From: Octopus bimaculoides
Lineage: Eukaryota
DNA length: 49,603 nt
Reading direction: 5' to 3'
Assembly: GCF_001194135.2 (NCBI RefSeq)
Contig: NC_068985.1
Span: forward strand, 1,465,230-1,514,832
A program made the translations under genes and the position numbers. The first letter of the stretch is position 1. Each line of letters starts with the position of its first letter. Below the pieces are notes generated by a model that saw only the letters and a list, made by a program, of their open reading frames with translations, was not told where the DNA came from and searched no databases. This document shows, in pieces, positions 1 to 12,514 of this stretch.

Positions 1-303
1 AACCTTGCCATGGAGGAATGTAGTGGCGGACAAAAAACAAGACAGGAAAACAAACAGAAAAGGCTATACGGCCAGACGGGAAAAATTATGTGTATATGAA
101 TGCTGTGAGGCACGAACTTGAAAGTGGGGAAGAAGTAAGTTCGCGTGTTTGCTTGGCGATAGCCAAGGAAGAAAAGGATTATTGACCGGAAGCATGTGAC
201 CATGCCGGTGTAAGGGGAAGAGAGAGAGAGTAGTAGAGGGAGAAACAAAGGGAGGAAGTAGAAGAATAGGTGAGCAACGAGAGGAAAAGAGGAAGAGAGG
301 AAG

Positions 304-349
<46 letters not shown>

Positions 350-1449
350 CATCATCATCATCATCATCATCTAGTGTTTTAAATCTGGGTTTTGTCCTTG
401 TTAACGAGAGTGGCTGGATCTACCTCAATGCAGTACAACTGAGGTAGGTTGGTGCAGCCTACCCCAACCTTTGGGCTGGCTGGCTGGCTGGCTCGCTGGT
501 GTCCATTCTCCTTTGTTATCATGAGGCTATTTTGGAGCTGGATTTTCTATGGGGAGCATGCCTTTGCTTACCCCCAACCTCAGTTTCAAGACATGAATGG
601 TCCCGAGACCAAAGCCTCTAGCACAACTTTTAAGAGATGTGGTGGAAAACTAGCTCAGGAAGGCAAAGATGCTACTCCCTGAGACCCCTTTCAGAGTCCT
701 CCTGCTATGTGTGTGTGTGTGTGTGTGTTTCTATGTATGTATAAATATTAGAAAGCCTTTGTGTGGAAGCAATAAGAATGTAAACACATTCATTCTATGC
801 TACAGAAATGCAGAAGAAAATGCATGAGGAAGTTTTCAGGTGGACTGTTTCACAGTTTGTTTTGTGCTCAGCTTCCTCCCCCAATTAATTGTGTAGATCA
901 ACTGCTATACAAAGCAGTCATAAGTTAGTCAAGTACATTAGTAGATAGCCTAATTTGTATATTTATCCTTTTGATAGTTAATCATTAATTAAACAATATC
1001 TATTCTATACAAAACACAGCATAGATCAGAACCAAATAGATTGAAATATTATGAAACTTAGTTCTGTGGATGAAGTAAAAATGAAAAACCACATTCTATG
1101 TGATTGATGTGCAGAAGAAATGAGGCAGGGAATTTCCGAATGGATTGCTTCATGGTTCGTTGATGGTTTCACTCCTCTGCCAGCAGAATTTGCATCTCCT
1201 TATATGGCATCTGATCGATGCTATTGACTGAAGAAAGAAGCCAGAAATGTTTTCTCTGAGGAGTGATCAACAACCTGTGAAACATTCCACCAAGAGACTT
1301 CCTTCCTTCCTCTTTTTTTCTGCACATCAATTGCAAAGCAAGGACGTGTCTACATTCGTATTTCACCCACATTAAAGTATTGCAATATTTAAATTCAATC
1401 CATTCTTCTGATTTTTGCTGTGTTGCACAATATATATATCGTTTATCTA

Positions 1450-1663
1450 TTATTCGTTTCAGTCACTGGACTACGGCCATGCTGGAGCACCACCCTGAAG
1501 AGTTTTAGTCAAGCAAATCAACCTCAGTACTTACTCGTTTGAAGCTTGGTACTTATTCTATCAGTCTCTCTTGCCAAACTGCTAAGTTGTGGGAACATAG
1601 ACACACCCACACTGGTTGCCAAATGGTGATGAGGGACAAACTGAGGCATAACAACACACACAA

Positions 1664-1694
<31 letters not shown>

Positions 1695-1826
1695 ACAAGC
1701 TTCTTTCAGTTTCCATCTACCAAATCCACTCATAAGGCTTTTGTAGGCCTGAGGCTATAGAAGAAAACACCTGTCCAAGGTGCCTAGCAGTGGGACTGAT
1801 CCTGGAACCATGCCGTTGGGGAGGAG
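1450..1826 (-). mobile_element. SINE family A (tRNA-like head, CORE-like CCTTGGGCAAGTGTCTTCT domain, internal (TG)n, 3' half), near full length
   Basis: Reverse complement matches the copies at 10041-10470 and 32365-33110 (GGTTCAGTCCCACT; GTGGATTTGGTAGATGGAAACTGAAAGAAGC; GTGCTCCAGCATGGCCGTAG). Confidence 0.85.
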
Positions 1827-2100
1827 ACCTTGATGTTTAACATTCTTCTATCCATATAATATACTGTTTTCTTTTTTCATCTCTGGTCTTTGTGTAACAC
1901 CACAATCCATCAACCTCCTCAGTTCCATGTCTAAGGGACATTAAATAGTGCAGCCAAGGGAACATAAATATTTATCCTGAGCTTTTTAAGGACCAATAAA
2001 TAAATCTGGTGCTTAAATGACGAGGGGTGACACCTTCTACAATGGAATGCCAGTCAGCTACCAGTAACCAACAGAATTTTTTTAAAGTTGTTAGAAAAGA

Positions 2101-2375
2101 TGGAGGTGTGCTAGGAAGTTTTCTCCCTGACCACATGGTTCCAGGTTCAGTCCCACTGTGTGGCACTTTGGGCAAGTGTCTTCTTCTATAGCTTCAGGCC
2201 TACCACAGTCTTGTGAATGGATTTGGTAGGTGGGAACTGAAAGAAGCACATCGTATGTGTGTGTGTGTGTGTGTGTTTACTCCCCACCCCCACCATTAGC
2301 ACCACTCCTTGACAAGTGGTGTTGGTGTGTTTTTGTCCCCATATCGTAGTGATTTGACGAAAGGAATGGAAGAAT
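2101..2375 (+). mobile_element. SINE family A copy (head, (TG)n, start of 3' half)
   Basis: CCACATGGTTCCAGGTTCAGTCCCACTGTGTGGCACTTTGGGCAAGTGTCTTC shared with other copies. Confidence 0.85.
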
Positions 2376-2399
2376 TGGTGTGGTTTGAATTTCTGTTGG

Positions 2400-3040
2400 T
2401 CGACATCTGAAAAGAAAAAAAATGGGAAGGAGGAGGAGGAGAAGGATATTGCAGGAAGTTGCATTTCCAGAGAGAGGAAGAATTAGAAAAATATTCAATG
2501 CAGGATTTGGTGATGATGAAACAGGGGAAGGATCTGGATTTGAGGAAAGACACGTACTACTAAGTAGACTCCAGTGGAACTTGCTATTTTAGAGGAGTGG
2601 TGGTGGCGGCGGCGGTGGTGGCGGTGGCGGGGGCAGTGGCGGCAGCAGTGGCAGCAGCGGTGGTAGCAGTGGTGGTGACAGTGGTGGCATCGGCAGTAGT
2701 GGTAGCAGCAGCTGGAGGAGTAGAAGGAGGAAGAGGAGGCGTGTGAAACTTTTTAGATTGTGTGTGGCTGTTGTGAGTGTGAAGAAGATTAAAAAATGTG
2801 TGGCCATTGCTGTCCCCAGTTAATAAATACTTAGAGGCAACATGCAGAAGTGAAGGGATGTTAAAGGACTGGAGTAGAAAATACGACCAAATTTTGGAAT
2901 GGACCAGATTTGATAGCTTCTGGGCCAAAGCGACTCTATTAAGTACTCTTCAGTAAAATGGAGACAAAAGGTTGACAACCAGAAGATTTTCTTAATAGTC
3001 ATGTTCAAAAGCTCTGATCATTTCAAGAGGAGACAATATT
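2400..3040 (-). mobile_element. Degenerate LINE apurinic-endonuclease-like remnant split by a (GGT/GGC)n microsatellite
   Basis: Minus-strand peptide YLLTGDSNGH resembles the APE GDFNAH motif; LSSNPDPSPVSSSP further downstream resembles the DLxLTSNP region. Heavily decayed. Confidence 0.4.
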
Positions 3041-3211
3041 GTTGTGAAGGTCAGTGGCTGCCCTAGTAAAAAAGAGTTTTTTTTCTTCTTTCCTATCAAA
3101 GAGACTAAGGTGTTTCTACATCGTCAGATACATCAACAAAGTAACAGAACAACTAAAGTTAGAAAATTACTATTTGCAAATCTCACAACGAGAGATATTC
3201 AGCAACAGTTC

Positions 3212-3465
3212 TTTGTAGTAAAGATTATTTGCCACCATAACATGGCAGTCCTGGTTTAGGACGAATGTTGCTGTAATCGTGATACACAGATATTGTTTTG
3301 AGCTGAGTGGGGGTGCTAGATTCCCTTGTTTGAAAATATAAGGACACAGATCGTGTAATGATCGTATAGCCAGCTGGAGACAATGTCTCCTGGGGCTAAA
3401 TTACAGCAACATTCGTCCTAAACCAAGACTGCCATGTTATGTTGGCAAACAATCTTTACTCCAAA
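3212..3465. mobile_element. MITE-like foldback element with 60-bp inverted arms
   Basis: 3218-3277 versus reverse complement of 3400-3459: 3 mismatches in 60 bp. Internal hairpin GGAGACA-A-TGTCTCC at 3376-3390. Confidence 0.75.
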
Positions 3466-4271
3466 TGAAAGGATCTTTAGATTTTTGGAGGAACATCTTG
3501 TAGAGTCTTGGATGTATATGAATCCCCCCCCCCACCACTGATCTCATTGAAGTTATTGGGTATTGTAAGTAATATTTCAAGTGATTCACTTAAGAGTTAG
3601 GTCTGTGTGAGGTATATGTAGGGACATATCTAGGAGGATGTTCAAGGTACCCTGTTTAGCTGCAAATGTCCCAACTAGAACTTAGCATCCATCCACTGGA
3701 GAGACAGCACAGGATTAGGCACCAACTGATATGGCAATCTCCTAAAATATTGCTCCTAAGTTTAGAACTTTTCCCAACTCGTAGTGAGTCTCAACTAGAA
3801 AATGCTTACTAACAGATGATGGCCTTTGTTAGAAAATGTGTATTTAGAAGCAGCTTGCTGTACGATTCTCGTTTTTAAACACAAGTTCTTGTTTGAATAT
3901 TTAAAAGAGTGTGTGAATTCATTAAAATCCATTCAAAACTATGAATGTGACATTAATGCAGGTGGTGTGTTGAGACTCCAAACATAAAGTAATCTATAAA
4001 ATTTTTATTGGGTCGTGAGTAAGGGACTGAAAGTAATGAATAGAATCAAGTATTCTACTCAAATTCTGATGAAACGCTTTGAGATTTGAACTTGAAATGA
4101 TATCTTCAAAAATATAGTGGAATAAATTGGTGAAATATTCTGTTGCAAATAAAAGTTAATGAGTTTGGTCAGCACATAGAAATGTGTATGTGTGTGTGTG
4201 CATGTGCACATGAGTGCATCTGTGTATAAAATGACATCTGACAATAATTAGTAAGTATTCCAATAGAAATA

Positions 4272-4482
4272 TTGGTTTCAAACTTTGGCAGAAGGTCAGC
4301 AAGTTTGAGAGGAGGGGCAAAGTCGATTACATCGACCCCAGTGCATAACTGATACTTACTTTTTTGATCTCAAAAAGATGAAAAGCAAAGTCAACTTTGG
4401 TGGAATTTGAACTCAGACCGCAAAGATGGATGGAATGACTCGATGCATTTTACCTGGCATGCTAATGATTCTGCCAGCTTGC
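4272..4482 (-). mobile_element. SINE family C (tRNA-like head GAGCTGGCAGAA...GAGTTCAAATTC)
   Basis: Reverse complement matches 48018-48122 and copies at 9355, 37323, 40120 and 42017. Confidence 0.85.
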
Positions 4483-5557
4483 AAAAATATTAAGCTTACA
4501 AAAATATAACATAAGGTTAATTTTCCATTGAGTGCATTCAAACTTTTATTCAAATCACCAAATTAATTAATCTTAATTTTTTATAACATAAACTTCCATC
4601 AGTACAAACCAAACTCTTATTCAATGAATCAAATCTCCATCGAGTAAGTTAAATATAAATAAATAAAACTGTCTGTTACTGAAGTTAAATATAAAATTCC
4701 AAGCAGCAGAAATATAATACTTGCTTTTCTCTAAAGCAAAACGAATGCAAAATGAAATTAAAGAAAACATGACCAAACACTGTAAAGGGATGATTTCGAA
4801 GCATTTTGATTCTAAGCCATTTCATGAAATATCCTGATGCTACTACACGGCAAAAAGTGACAAACAAAACTATTTCAGAAAACGAAATATATTTTATAAT
4901 AATCTCATATCTGTCATAGCAAAGTCAATAACTTAAGCATAAAACTTTGCAGCTTGATTAGATTTCAGAGATTTTTCTTTTAACAGTCAGCTTAATTGAA
5001 AATTTTCTAATTTTCCCATAGGTTTTAATTAATTTTAATTAATTGAATAATAAAACACATCTCTTACTATTTGTTTTGTCTATTTATTTATTGGCACTAT
5101 TAAACTATTCGCTAAATTTTTTTAATGGAAGACAGATCCATATCTCTAATGAATCTTGCAATTTGATTGACAGGTGAAGAAACCATTTTTTTTTCTTTCA
5201 CTACTGAATCCTTGAAATTCCATACATGCGTGTGAGAAAATATTCTTACCAATATTTAGTGAAAGACCAAATCTGTGAGCTATAAATATTTAACAAAAAA
5301 GTCTACAATTGTTTCAAGTTAAATTATAGATTTATTTATTTCAAGTGGCACCAGGATTAAAAGTTATTGTTGGGTACGATGCCATAGCATTAGAATGATA
5401 TTCACCATAATGACAACCATGAGAGTCATAAAGATATCAACTGTAATGACATCACAAGTGATGACAGTAATAATAGTTAGGATAAATCTATCTTGTGTCC
5501 TAAATCTCTTAATCAGAATTAGGATCAATTAATTCTATATTAAAAACCAGTTGTAGT

Positions 5558-5755
5558 CGTCATCATCATCATCATCATTATTTAATGCCAGTTTTCTATT
5601 GTAGGCAAAGGTTGTACAGTTTGACAAGAGCTAGCAAGGCCAGGAGCCACATCAGGTTCCACTTGTCTGTTTTGGCATGGTTTCTATAGCTGGATAACCT
5701 TCTTAATGCCAACCACTTTACACAATGTATCGAGTGCTTTTTATGAAACACCCAC
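5558..5755 (-). mobile_element. Repeat family B (SINE/LINE 3' tail ending in (GAT)n), degenerate
   Basis: Contains TTTCTATAGCTGGATAACCTTCTTAATGCCAACCACT, the reverse complement of the family B core, with a (CAT)n tail. Confidence 0.7.
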
Positions 5756-6164
5756 ATAGGTGTTTTTTCTTTTTTTACATGATAGTTTTAGTATTTCTGT
5801 AAAACAAGTTTAGAGTCATAACAGCTCAAGAGAAAACCAGATGTGAGTCTACTGAAGAATCAGATTTTTAGAATATTTAAGTCTTGTCAGGTAGATCTGC
5901 ATGTCACCTTTTAAGGATTCCAACGGCAATCACCCAAATCAAATCCCTTCTAAAACAAGTGCAAATCAATGTTTGTTCAAGAGCAAAACCAGATTTAGTC
6001 TCTTTTATAACATTTATTAATTCTTATGGACCAAAATTCACAGCATTAAACAATTCTTAAAAATATTTTGCTAACGTTTTCTAACATAAACTATTCAGCT
6101 CTTATGTGTTTGATACTGACTTTTTAGTTGGAGAGTTCAGTAATACAGAATTGTAAGCTGACTC

Positions 6165-6490
6165 TTTGTCCATTATGACAACAAGTGTTCTAGATGATAC
6201 AATCAATGGAACTGCTCTTGAAATTAACATGCAAGTGACTGAGCACTCCACAGACACAGACAGGTACCCTTAATGTAGTTTTCAAGGAGAGTTAGCATGA
6301 CACAGAGTGTGACAAGGCAAGCCCTTTGAGTTATAGGTACAACTTATTTTTACCAGCTAAATGGAGTGGACTGGAGCAATGTGAAATAAAGTGCCTTGCT
6401 CAAGGACATAATGTGGCTCCATCAATAATTGAACTAACAACTTCACAACCATGAGTGGAACACCCTTACCACTAAGCCATGCACCTTTAC
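6165..6490 (-). mobile_element. SINE family D (tRNA-like head plus CTTGAGCAAGGCACTTTATTTCAC central domain)
   Basis: GAGTGGACTGGAGCAATGTGAAATAAAGTGCCTTGCTCAAGGAC shared with 27570-27620 and 44215-44260. Confidence 0.75.
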
Positions 6491-6884
6491 AATACAGAGT
6501 TGTAAATATTTTTAAAATTTTGAAATGTCGAATGACTTATGATAATGCTTTTAAATTCTTCAGAAAGCACTCACAGACATCTAAGGCCCGAAACCAAAAT
6601 CAGTGAATTGAAGGTAAATGTTCCTATTTTGTTGGAATAAAACACATAACCAGAAGAACTGAGAAAATTAAGTAAAAACAAAGAAAACAAACATCATGAA
6701 AATCAACAGCAACAACAAGACGACCAAGAAACCTGACTTTCCAGAGCACCTCTAGCCAAAACTTCAGAGATAACAGTGGAAATGTCTTTAGGGCTCAGGA
6801 TCACATAAAGATGAGTAAATATCTCATCTCTTAACAGTACAAACCTGTGGTAAAAAAAAAAAAATTATCATGTGATGAACAAGA

Positions 6885-7330
6885 AATAATTACAGATAAA
6901 AGTTTCAGTGGAAATAAAATGGTGAAAAGAGAAAAACAAGACTGAAACATAAATCAACAAAAACAGACAAAGAAAAACAATTTCTTCTGAGCAGCAATGA
7001 AATCGCTCTTCATGTAAATAATGAAGAGAACGAAGATGAGCTTTGATTCCTCGTTCTTTGAAAATTAAACAAGCAATTAATTATGCATTTGTGGTGCCAA
7101 GGATTCTCCTAAGAAGTTATAATGACACAAAAGCTGTTCAGTTCAAAATGTAAACAACATTATACTGAACTTAAAAAGAATATGCTCAAAATGTTGGAGT
7201 TTTCCTGTACCAAATGTCTGAAGAAATGCTTACTGGTGCATTCAGTTACACTTGAACGTCATTTTGGGAAATGGTTAAATGAATGAGGTCAAGGTGTATC
7301 CTGATTCAACTCAGCCAGAATCTTTTATCT
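6885..7330 (+). pseudogene. Decayed coding-like sequence, copy 1 of a diverged pair (copy 2 at 42555-43050); unclassified, probably TE-derived
   Basis: Frame IMHLWCQGFS*EVIMTQKLFSSKCKQH aligns with IMHLWCHKISEEVSMTQKDLGSEYKQH in copy 2, with several synonymous differences. Confidence 0.45.
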
Positions 7331-8599
7331 TTTATTTCCATAAAATATATATTATTTTTTGATTATTGTGTATTCCATGATACATTTCGTAAAATTCATT
7401 TCTGTGCAAATATGCATAAGCATGCATGTGTGTAGGTTTACACGTACTTGTGTGCATATTTTTATATATGCATGTTCATTTATATGTGTATGTGTGTGTG
7501 TGTGTGTTTGTATGCTTAAACATATATGTGCATATATATTTACATACGCACACATAACTATATGTACATATTTATAAATACATACTCACACATATGTATA
7601 TATATATATATTTATGTGTGTGTAGAAACGTAGATGTATAAATATGTTTATATACACACATGGTGTATTTCTGTATGTGTGTATATGTATGAATATATGC
7701 ATGCATATATGTGTGAGCATAAGCAAAAAGACAGTATGGCACCTTCACCAACCCACACTTTTCTCTGCTATTTCACTGATTTGTTGATATATACAACCCA
7801 TGGCAAATAAGCTTTTATATTTCTTCTCTATTAGCTGCAAGAAGTAAAATGCTAGTGTTGCAGCCTGCACAGCAGAAATTTCCTTAGTTGAAAGTAGGCA
7901 TGTTTCCTTTGTGCCTATCTTGGTCAATGTTGCGTCTAGTGTTGGTGTCTCAATGAGTAAAATGAATATGAATAATTCAAACAATGGTGGTAAAGAATAC
8001 CAGAAGCTTATGTGATGATCTAGCTTATGTGATGATCTAGCAGGAAATTCCCACAACGCTAAAAAGTCTGGAATAATCTGGACAAAAGAGATGAATAAGT
8101 TACAGAAGGAATATTGCAGCAAGAGTGGCTCTGTGAGAAAGAGATTGCAAAAACATATGCCTGACATCTTGAATGAAAGGCCGAAAGGTGTGATTGAATT
8201 TGAAGGAAATGGTGAGCTGAGGGAGAGAGTAATAATGGGTGGAGAAATTTTGAAATGGAAACAACAATGAAATGTATGCTGAGATGCATGAAAATGAAGA
8301 AAATAAAGCCAGAACAAAACAACAATATTGTGAGTGTAGAATAAGTGTAAGTTAATGGATTAGAAGAATGTGTGCGTTTTGAATAGAATGGCAGATGAGT
8401 GAAGCAGTCAATTCTATCAAGTCGAGGTTTATAGGCAGGTAATACTGAAGTAAAAATGCATCAAAAATGGATAAGGCAAATGACTGTTTTGAGATGAGGG
8501 ATCTGGGAGAATGTGTTGAGCTATACAAAACTGCAGGTATCATAAGTAGGGCACTCTGTTAGCATAAAGAAGAGACAAAAGACAAGAAGAAGACAGAGC

Positions 8600-9260
8600 C
8601 TTGGTAGAAGAGAGATGTTGATGGTGAAATTAAGTGATTTCAAAGAGTTTGTCTCACTTGAATCAGCATACTAAAATAAGTGAGTTAAAAAGTCAAATTT
8701 ATGGGAAGGCTAATGACAATGTATCAGATTAAAGAGAGAGGTGTGGAAATTGTAATAAAAGAAAACTGAAACATAGAATAACTGAGAATGAAAAGGTACA
8801 TCAATAGAATGGAAGGATTCTGTAAGAACAGACTCTTTCCGAATAACAAAATAAAAAAAAGAAAAGATGACTGTTTCAGGAACTGTAAGGAATAGAATGT
8901 GAAGACACTGTTGCAGATCCTAAAAAGACAGAAATGGGTTGGTGAGGTTTATGAGTGAATAATGTTAAAGTTAATGAAGATGCAGATTGGATTTTGAAGG
9001 TAAAAATAAAAGTGAAAAAGAAAAGAAGTAAAAAAAACTAAATGCAACAGGAGATATGCTTTAAAAACGAGCAAAACAAGGTCTCTAATTAGAAATCACC
9101 AGGCTCTGATGGAATGCAAGATTACTGGATAAAGAAATTGAAATCATTACATTGGAGAATGGCACAAATGTTTGGCAAAAGTGTTGTCACTAATTCCATC
9201 CTTAGACTCATCACTTGTCTTCCAATGATGTAGAGACTACTGTTCAGCAAACTTTCCAAA
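8600..9260 (+). mobile_element. Degenerate R4/Dong-type non-LTR retrotransposon, pre-RT and RT N-terminal region (may extend upstream to about 8000)
   Basis: NVKVNEDADWILKVK near 8960-9005, then in frame N*KSPGSDGMQDYWIKKLKSLHWRMAQMF...RLITCLPM at 9087-9230, matching the NWKxPGxDG...YWxK and YRPITCLP motifs. Confidence 0.7.
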
Positions 9261-9354
9261 TAAATCTACCAATATTTAACTAGAAATAAAAATTGATAAG
9301 AATTTAGGACAAATCTACAGCTGTTTATAGCCAGGCTATAGATTTTCCTGTTAT

Positions 9355-9555
9355 CATTTTCTACTCTAGGCACAAGGCCCAACATTTTTTAGGAGGAGGC
9401 CAGTCGAATATATCAACCCCAGTGCACAACTGGTATTTAATTTATCGACCCCGAAAGGATGAAAGGCAAAGTCAAACTCGGTGGAATTCGAACTCAGAAT
9501 GTAAAGATAATACCGTTAAGCATTTCACCTGGACTGCAAACATTTCTGCCAGCTC
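9355..9555 (-). mobile_element. SINE family C copy
   Basis: TTATCGACCCCGAAAGGATGAAAGGCAAAGTCAAACTCGGTGGAATTCGAACTCAGAA. Confidence 0.85.
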
Positions 9556-10040
9556 CCTGCTTTGGATTTTCCCATTATCATAGGTGCACTGGGCTGTGTA
9601 ACAACAAATCTGTAATGAGGCTTAGAAATGTTAGGGTTTTCCATGAAAGAATGACACAGACTGGTTTGCATTCTCTAAATACATTTGGTCAGAGGAACAG
9701 TGAAAACTTGTAAAATATTTCAGGGATTCTTTATTTGAGGTTCCTTGATGAACCTGTAAACACAATCACACATACATATGAATGCACACACACACATAAA
9801 CAATAATGAAATTTGTGTTCTATTACGACGTGCACCACCAAAAATGCAAGGTTTATCCATACACATACAAACTCACACACACACATGCATACATCAACAC
9901 ATTCAGGCAGCCACAAGCTTTCAAGAGTTGTCTTTACAAACAGAAAAGGGGCTTGCTAATCTTTTAGAAACTGGCATGAATACGGCAATGGTACAAAATT
10001 TAAATATATCTCAAAGAAACCTACATAGATAAATATATAT

Positions 10041-10470
10041 GGAGTGACTGTGTGGTAAGAAGTTTGTTTCCAACCATATGGTTCCTGGTTCAGTCCCACT
10101 GAGTGGCATTCTGAGCAAATGTCTTCTACTATCATCTCACACTAGCCAAAGCCTTGTGAGTGGATTTGATAGACAGAAACTGAAAGAAGCCCATCATATA
10201 TATATATGTGTATACATTATATATATTTATATATGTGTGTGTGTCTTTCTGTCTTTGTTTGTCCCCAACCACCACTTGGCACCTGGCGTTGGTGTGTTCA
10301 CATCCCTGTAATTTAATGATTCAACAAAAGAGACTGATAGAACAAGTAACAGTCTTTAAAAAACAAGTCCTGGGGTCAATCAATTCATTCAACTAAAATT
10401 CCTTGAGTTGGTGCCCCAGCAAGGCCACAGTCTAATGACTGAAACAAGTAAACAATAAAAGATAAAAGAT
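10041..10470 (+). mobile_element. SINE family A, full length
   Basis: Head GGAGTGACTGTGTGGTAAG with B-box-like GGTTCAGTCCC, microsatellite linker, 3' half ending ACAATAAAAGATAAAAG. Confidence 0.85.
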
Positions 10471-11211
10471 TTATACACACACACAGACACACACATACAC
10501 ACACACACATGCGCGTGCGCACACACTTGCATACGCACACATACACACGCATACGCACATGCTCGTTCATGCATACTCATTTGTAAAATATTCCTTTGTT
10601 GAGCAGAGAAGACAAGCTGTGTTGTCAATCCAGTTCATCTTTCCAACAACAACAACAAATGATATCAAACAGTAACATGTTGCTTGTAATACAGAAGATA
10701 TTATCACTAGAGTTTGATAATCCATACTTGTATCAATGTTATCATATGAAGTGCCATATCAGTTACACAACTATTCAATATAATACATTGTATCATTTAT
10801 ATCGGTGTTATCCAATAATTTGCCAAACATGCCACATGATAAACATCATCTCAGATTTCTGAGGAACCAGCATCTCCTGCTTAGCTTTTCCTAAATTTCA
10901 AGAAACTAAGCAAACCGTTTAAGCAGAATATTCTGATATTAAGATTTACTTCCATTCCAAACTAATTCTATATTTAGTCAGTCTCATAATACCATTCCAC
11001 CCATTTGGTATAAGATTTATTTCCAATGAATTACCATTGCATTTAAGTGCTCTAACTAACTGTCTGACATTATTGTCAATCAAATTGAAAGACTATTGCC
11101 ATAATATGTAATACTTCAAGAAACAATGGATTCCATTGAAAACATAAAAATAGTTGTTTTTGCCTTTTTTTTCTTCGATAAATAAATGTTTGTTCATTTA
11201 TGTCCACAGCT

Positions 11212-11361
11212 GTAGGTATGGTTGTGTGGTAAGAAGCTTCCTTCCCAGTCACATGGCTCTGGGTTCAGTCCGACTGTGTGGCAGCTTGAGCAAATGTCTT
11301 ATACTAAAGTTCTAGTTAACCAAAACCTTGTGAGTGGGTTTGGTAGATAGAACTAGAAGAA
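11212..11361 (+). mobile_element. SINE family A head
   Basis: GTTGTGTGGTAAGAAGCTT...GGGTTCAGTCCGACTGTGTGGCAGCTTGAGCAAATGTCTT. Confidence 0.8.
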
Positions 11362-11676
11362 TGTAAATATATATATATATATATAACTCTTCGAAATGCC
11401 AGTGTTAGAATGGTGGCAGCTGATGAAGGAAATGTTCTCTATGTGGCCTGTGTGTTATCTGTACTTTGTTTATCATTTTGTCTACGTTTTGTTTGCAATG
11501 TCTTGTACCCAGATATGCATCTATATACACAGGTAGATGTAAGTATGTACATACATGTTCGTACATATGCATATACTCATTTATTATTTATCAGTGATCA
11601 CCATATTAAAAAATATCTTTTAAGGTGAAAATTATAAACAACTTATAAAAAAGGGTAAAAAAAAAATTGCTACGGC

Positions 11677-11929
11677 AAATATGCCAAGAATAGACTTTAA
11701 ATTGTCCATAACCACATATAATTCATCACCATAAACACGCATCTCGAAGCAAGCTGACAGAAATTTCTAAAAAAATTGGGTTATTACAGAATGGGTTTGA
11801 TTTCTGAGTTAATTCATAAAGAATTTACCACTGATGATAAAAAAAATACTTTATGAATTAACTCAGAAATGGGACAGTGATGAATTATATGTGGTTATTG
11901 ACGATTTGAAGTCTATTTTTGGCATATTT
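11677..11929. mobile_element. Foldback/MITE-like element with nested inverted repeats
   Basis: Outer arms 11677-11729 and 11877-11929 (4 mismatches in 53); inner arms 11800-11821 and 11849-11870 (22 of 22 identical). Confidence 0.75.
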
Positions 11930-12257
11930 AGAATAGGAATTTTTTTTCTTTTGCCCTTATTTATAAGTTGTATGTACATATATATATATAAGGTTAGTAG
12001 ATAGAGTTAGCGGTTGGAATAACCATCTAAGGGATAAGAATATCCATTTTTACTATCAGTATACATTACGTATATTAACCCTGGGCATGGATATGCAAAC
12101 ATAGGATAAAGGCAATAACAAAATAAACAACAGTTTATCTGGAATCAAATTTAAATTAAGCAGAAAAAGTTTTGTATTAAAAAAATGATAATTGATGCTA
12201 GTTAATTTGTTGATCAACAATTTTCTCCATTTTCTGCTTAATTTAAATGTATATATA

Positions 12258-12488
12258 NNNNNNNNNNNNNNNNNNNNNNNNNNNNNNNNNNNNNNNNNNN
12301 NNNNNNNNNNNNNNNNNNNNNNNNNNNNNNNNNNNNNNNNNNNNNNNNNNNNNNNNNNNNNNNNNNNNNNNNNNNNNNNNNNNNNNNNNNNNNNNNNNNN
12401 NNNNNNNNNNNNNNNNNNNNNNNNNNNNNNNNNNNNNNNNNNNNNNNNNNNNNNNNNNNNNNNNNNNNNNNNNNNNNNNNNNNNNNNN
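12258..12488. other. Assembly gap (N run); other gaps at 18356-18487, 18834-19203, 22208-22687, 26160-26169, 37893-37902, 45049-45593, 47035-47445
   Basis: N characters in the sequence, most flanked by microsatellites. Confidence 0.99.
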
Positions 12489-12514
12489 TATATATAAATA
12501 TATATATATATAGG

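Noticed and set aside
6993-7046. Apparent terminal exon ending ENEDEL* (ER-retention-like)
   Set aside because: It lies inside the decayed duplicated sequence, and the second copy does not keep the stop or motif.
8005-8038. 17-bp tandem duplication AGCTTATGTGATGATCT
   Set aside because: Simple slippage duplication within decayed TE-like sequence.
9150-9265. Apparent minus-strand exon IYLESLLNSSLYIIGRQVMSLRMELVTTLLPNICAILQ
   Set aside because: The plus strand encodes clear retrotransposon RT motifs, so this is its antisense frame.
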